In this document: positions 29,201 through 31,066 of the stretch, in pieces
Layout: each line of letters opens with the position of its first letter
How positions within the stretch are numbered: the first letter of the stretch is position 1
From: a virus
Taxonomy: Duplodnaviria > Caudoviricetes
DNA: 31,066 bases
Direction: 5' to 3' (one strand)
IMG/VR virus record: IMGVR_UViG_3300025639_000014
Span: 1-31,066 of that record
The notes under the pieces: generated by a model
What the model was told of the DNA's origin: nothing
Database searches by the model: none
Seen by the model: only the letters and a program-made list of their open reading frames with translations
Position numbers and translations under genes: made by a program

Positions 29201-29638
29201 ATAAGTAACACAATCACCGAGTTGTCTTCTTCATCTTCTTCTAATCAAAAGGGTGTTGTTGGAGTATTTACGAAGAGGGCAGCTTTAACAACCAAGTTGT
29301 TCCCTGCGATGCTTGGGGGAGATGTAAGTTACATAGAGGGCGATGGAGTAACCCCAGATTCAAAGGTTCAAGACATTGCTCCTGAGTATACCCATTACAT
29401 CGACACCCATGATTCCATTTCTATGAACTCGTTAGGAGAAGGACAAGTAAACGTATGTGGTGAGAGCGGTAACTTAGAAATAGGTGACCTCATAGTAACC
29501 TCAAGCATCGCAGGTAAAGGTAAGAAACAAGATGACGATATTATTAGATCTTATACAGTAGCTAAAGTCCGTGAAGCAGTTACATTCTCTGATCCTACAG
29601 AAGTTAAGTTAGTTGCTTGTATATATCTTTGTGGATAG
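23258..29638 (+). CDS. Giant modular tail fibre / adhesin with collagen-like linkers and a C-terminal chaperone-like domain
   Basis: 2126 aa. N-terminal DTF..W..K.N.L...VGD anchor motif, Trp/Pro-rich modules separated by short G-X-Y runs, IIHGSNITTGTITA.ELSAD, and a C-terminal FTGCH...NSLGEG...GDLI.TS..AG.G.KQDDDI..SYTVAK...ACIYLCG. Confidence 0.82.
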   Translation: MSVIEIYNWDTFLDWKEKNNNLASAVGDTAKITVGLNSTIVGELLKLKGQGYSEDDIKDFIGRWLASSSAASTGVDITYNATTNQLTFEVTAEGNGLGGYTGLTNTADGVESLFEFWQSIQPAGADTSITAFFSSLVGNTGGGGTHGIRGVDSDGNIFRMSLEVYRRTAADISSAELQALQIPDTENGSSIDVLSTNVNATFIAPAGWTAYTPPPDENDPASTEALWRSSTIVTSLPIFNSSRVYNLGDRVIWNSQTYEFIWEDSVDKDLVVNWDPATNAVSLSYHYIDIDSVTGEISPTDNRTVAWDPAVGYYKDEVYGSVITRNGYNFSQQLGLDSAGNLNTSTGTTQPGGWTLVLDASGNPVGTKIMDIPNWSSPQANAMAGDGSDGRSGTERNVYTLDPSNTWGDAGELIAPIGGSFNFMGDGELTVPVAPLTDPDVHEWVAKPGDAMLPGGTETYAQNRTQGVLWYAKASFLSDTPTGSSYHTVDGLEGSEGKSWGDVLRSGTDGENANNTRDIQLFKRLTLNELNVEPHPVIGNTVKPTRWNFGTDQLEFDNLVGGGSGNWYRWPESQEDLVRLEAPAEMIASTFYPEFVNETGYGFVDTDRVGNVPPNVDYDTATQDDKLVTLARITAGGAFANIEEKYIGYYLGSPKPVIDIINGWWSRLASSTDLLTADHNLYAITAMASNLVGSVPNVDTTLTWRYENIEKCIVNINGYNGVDGNDGSDIKTVKLWARGNIGTLPSNSVTDNWNTYYNFSTNELLDLPTSSEASIASGWYLSNLNNINGFGCNGVDNCWTAADVHFMAEGSAIKPNYWVPWQAYNVDDYVKYAISVDGTGAPNLRTYKCIVATVFDRDTRANLLTESPESSSAHSSQHWDEVTDAAGASGVYSLIIDDWKIEATEVGNQGPEGEAGSKNYSGPGEPVIADTGTQWANGTHRFKFTLPSNVAELIVRINDQYVNTTTGELYEIQVDPANPDLVVPVLLWQMDITRKETDFIYRTWPLQGIPGTELGDLNSTNALAAANAELLQARKDNKSKPSTDPFSSVMPQLIPSHAADTENNPFSGWHTSMPAYNPDEYIICSASIALFRGNALPGDPSPVWDVVTDTMDTTAVDAFDPTKAYLVGKVVKDASNTAYISIDNIPAGSTLQSGDQWWAFGRNYLEYSVSWDSAAQRLATARWFYGDADPQTDFPHGICADGLDANNRSQPVACISAATSANRLDTVEGAVYVRTLVGSESAYKLTIDENNVKTWTNIISEMRGPEGTSGDQLVILYTTEQYYRDELDDAQILNLLPDPTVLNVNTISGWSKLEGALTDGQVRYKTTGFLEAGGTSWEYRTPIIDTPSIWHTPGPLAPHSRTFSPAAVDGDFYVQTSSDGTRGEKIWSYYRFPNQSIDWHEIVEEMTPSHWLDGPNDPNNSQGLNGDFFLNTTTEEVWKKTNNVWSASTNLKGAKGVDPERNAWVFIKVDDGVTPSSPPLGQPYTSDPGGGWYNDLADISGSVLPTERIWTSLGTTPLDGVSPWPVTHWSPPSKLTGDIGPDGPAGPGSIMLHTVAVNKPNGLPNGLTDQIIATDLANGGSWYSNGTTWTDAPADPTGDEVLWSTFGQRPEGIGSYYVFRVIVQASGSQGNPGIATNGENGARTASGTLYLSNLWTNDYTDPQPPYLSESNYNWSTNQWTTLSGTGWSVNPQTVTPEAVGKYFACVYTVVEGMNGNTGTVTTGSTIRSYNFNGTVSFSDLSDDTIGTTIIHGSNITTGTITATELSADAISTGMLNSIDIGSGMSFSLGDPANFGAGIAPAAASLETSVGDKMALIAIGTNTGASFTAGFGAIGDSSALGAIVQHTSYAAELPDRKCTFVGTNGGITWETEIDGAMVQGGGESYGSVSYISNLDNTSMWGGATTGWIAGDNQCITYLALHVPSTGEIYGIHSAGDAFIAGGAYIAGGVSPFTGCHKGLLDKSYSPVEGDILVDNGVTIKGDISNTITELSSSSSSNQKGVVGVFTKRAALTTKLFPAMLGGDVSYIEGDGVTPDSKVQDIAPEYTHYIDTHDSISMNSLGEGQVNVCGESGNLEIGDLIVTSSIAGKGKKQDDDIIRSYTVAKVREAVTFSDPTEVKLVACIYLCG

Positions 29639-29641
29639 ATT

Positions 29642-29665
29642 TATAAATAGTAAATAATATAAATA
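29642..29665 (+). promoter_or_regulatory. Two late promoters
   Basis: TATAAATA at 29642-29649 and 29658-29665. AAGGA SD upstream of the ATG at 29691. Confidence 0.78.
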
Positions 29666-29690
29666 GTATTATAGAAAGGAAATATAAGAA

Positions 29691-30032
29691 ATGGCAATAT
29701 ACGCAAATTTAAGTATAGATCAAGGATCTGATTTTTCGGAAGAATTGAAGATCCAAGATATGTCAGGTGAACCTGCAGATCTTGCAGGTTATACTATCAA
29801 ATCTGAAATTAGAAGAACAATATCGTCAGAAACTAAATATGATTTTGTATGTACTGTTACAAACGCAGCATATGGAGTTGTTGTAATAGGTTTACCTGCT
29901 GCTACTTCTAATGCGATGAGACCTGGTAGATACTTATATGATGTAGAAATAAAGAGTGATATTAGCAACATAATTACAAGAGTGATAGAAGGACAAGTTG
30001 AAATAACAGGTGGGATAACAAGGAGTTTATAA
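29691..30032 (+). CDS. Small virion structural protein (beta-sandwich, BppU-N-like)
   Basis: ANL.IDQGSDF, L.GYT...EIR, G.V...L....S..M.PGRYLYDVEI, RVIEG......IT. Confidence 0.78.
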   Translation: MAIYANLSIDQGSDFSEELKIQDMSGEPADLAGYTIKSEIRRTISSETKYDFVCTVTNAAYGVVVIGLPAATSNAMRPGRYLYDVEIKSDISNIITRVIEGQVEITGGITRSL

Positions 30033-30035
30033 GAA

Positions 30036-30287
30036 ATGGCAATTATAGGTAAGTTATCTGATAAAAAATCATCATCTCTTATAGGTGGTTTTAATGATAC
30101 ACAAAATTCATTAACTGTTACGTCATTATCTCATGTACAATCACAAAGATTAAGTGAACTAATTGATGTAGATACATCAGCCCGTGTAGATGGTTCTATT
30201 ATTATGTGGGACGAACCATCACAAACATATAAAATACGACCAGATATAGATCATCCCAATCTATCAGTGGTTGGTGGTAGTTTTTAG
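30036..30287 (+). CDS. Small hypothetical structural protein
   Basis: 83 aa. Contains the L.EL.DVD.....DGS...WD.....Y motif common in phage fibre-associated proteins and ends in GGSF. Confidence 0.7.
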   Translation: MAIIGKLSDKKSSSLIGGFNDTQNSLTVTSLSHVQSQRLSELIDVDTSARVDGSIIMWDEPSQTYKIRPDIDHPNLSVVGGSF

Positions 30288-30345
30288 TATATACTTTATA
30301 ACTATTATAAAACAATCTAACATTAATTAGCAGGAGACATTTAAA

Positions 30346-31066
30346 ATGTCAGGTACTATAATAAAAACTAAATATTCCACCACCGCAGCGGCACCAGTTG
30401 ATGGGTCACTGCAGATAGGTGAAATGGCGTATTCATTTACGTCAGAAAAACTATTCATAGGTGATGATTCAGGAACAGTACATGGTGATATTATTGGCGG
30501 TAAGTATTTTACCGACTTATTAGATCATCCTCTTGGAACCTTAACACCAGATTCTGCTATTCTAGTAGATTCTAATTCAAAAATAGATGTATTAAATGTA
30601 GATAATATCACATTAAATACTAATACAATATCTACTACAGATGCTAATGGTCATCTAATACTGAACCCTAATGGTTCAGGTGAAGTACAAGTACAAGCTT
30701 CAACACTTGCTGTTGTTGGTGATTTTACTGTATCAGGATCTACTACTGTTGTTGGTGGTTCTACATTAGGTAATCTTAATTTAGCAGCTAATACAATATC
30801 TGCCGTTAATGGTAATGGTAATATTATATTAACACCAAATGGTTCTGGTAATGTTTCTATTAATTCTACACAAACTTTAATTATACCAAAAGGTTTAGTA
30901 GGAACACGACCTACACCTGGATCAGTTGGTAATGGTGCGATTAGATATAATGAAACAACTAATAGATTTGAAGGTGTAGTTTCATCTAATTGGACAGGAC
31001 TTGGTGGTGTAATTGATGTAGACCAAGATACATATATCTCTGCGGAGACTATGAATGCTGGTTCAC
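30346..31066 (+). CDS. Tail-fibre-like structural protein, 3'-truncated and absent from the ORF track
   Basis: CAGGAG SD, ATG at 30346, frame open to the window end: MSGTIIKTKYSTTAAAP..L..GEMAYS....LFIG...IGGKYFTD.LDH..GTLT..SA..VD...IP.G....RP......G.IRYN.....FEG.....W..LGGV.DVDQDTYI.AE. Confidence 0.85.
   Translation, partial: MSGTIIKTKYSTTAAAPVDGSLQIGEMAYSFTSEKLFIGDDSGTVHGDIIGGKYFTDLLDHPLGTLTPDSAILVDSNSKIDVLNVDNITLNTNTISTTDANGHLILNPNGSGEVQVQASTLAVVGDFTVSGSTTVVGGSTLGNLNLAANTISAVNGNGNIILTPNGSGNVSINSTQTLIIPKGLVGTRPTPGSVGNGAIRYNETTNRFEGVVSSNWTGLGGVIDVDQDTYISAETMNAGS
30604..30855 (+). repeat. Degenerate internal protein repeat, 2 copies
   Basis: NITLNTNTISTTDANGHLILNPNGSGEV (about 30604-30687) and NLNLAANTISAVNGNGNIILTPNGSGNV (about 30772-30855). 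Confidence 0.7.

Noticed and set aside
30297-30304. TATAACTA upstream of the last gene as a late promoter
   Set aside because: It has one mismatch to consensus in AT-rich DNA. It is plausible but cannot be supported from sequence alone.
23258-31066. Diversity-generating retroelement or invertible cassette acting on the fibres
   Set aside because: I saw no reverse transcriptase, recombinase, adenine-mismatched TR/VR pair or inverted crossover sites by eye. A self-alignment would be needed to exclude this fully.
1-31066. CRISPR array, tRNAs, introns, inteins, homing endonucleases or stop-codon recoding
   Set aside because: Intergenic gaps are all about 100 bp or less, with no regular repeats or cloverleafs. 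Core genes are uninterrupted under the standard code, and TAA, TAG and TGA all act as stops.
1-31066. Impression that GATC and CTAG are frequent
   Set aside because: I cannot quantify this by eye, and Asp/Leu/Ser codon usage may explain it. It needs a Markov-corrected k-mer count.

Overview
The window is 31 kb of an AT-rich, T4-like (marine/environmental-type) myovirus genome. It has three blocks. (1) A + strand replication/late-transcription block: a truncated conserved ORF, gp33, gp59, a small unknown gene and gp32, closed by an intrinsic terminator. (2) A - strand late block: gp4, gp2, gp54-like, gp26-like, a gp51-like frame missed by the ORF track, a putative tape-measure protein and a small EF-hand membrane protein. 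(3) A + strand baseplate/tail block: gp48, a hub protein, gp5, an unknown gene, gp25, gp53, gp6, gp7, gp8, a 1900-aa VrlC-like protein, a 2126-aa modular fibre, two small structural genes and a truncated fibre-like gene. T4 late promoters (TATAAATA) and two near-consensus sigma70 promoters are visible. The strongest candidate for an under-described system is a -1 ribosomal frameshift site (T-TTT-TTC) that would fuse gp26 to a gp51-like frame directly upstream of the tape-measure gene, a lambda G/GT-like tail-chaperone arrangement in a T4-like phage. Other leads are a sigma70 promoter with a 5' hairpin firing antisense into the gp4 nuclease gene, apparently leaderless late mRNAs, and an EF-hand holin-like protein. 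All protein calls come from motif recognition and synteny by eye; no searches were run.
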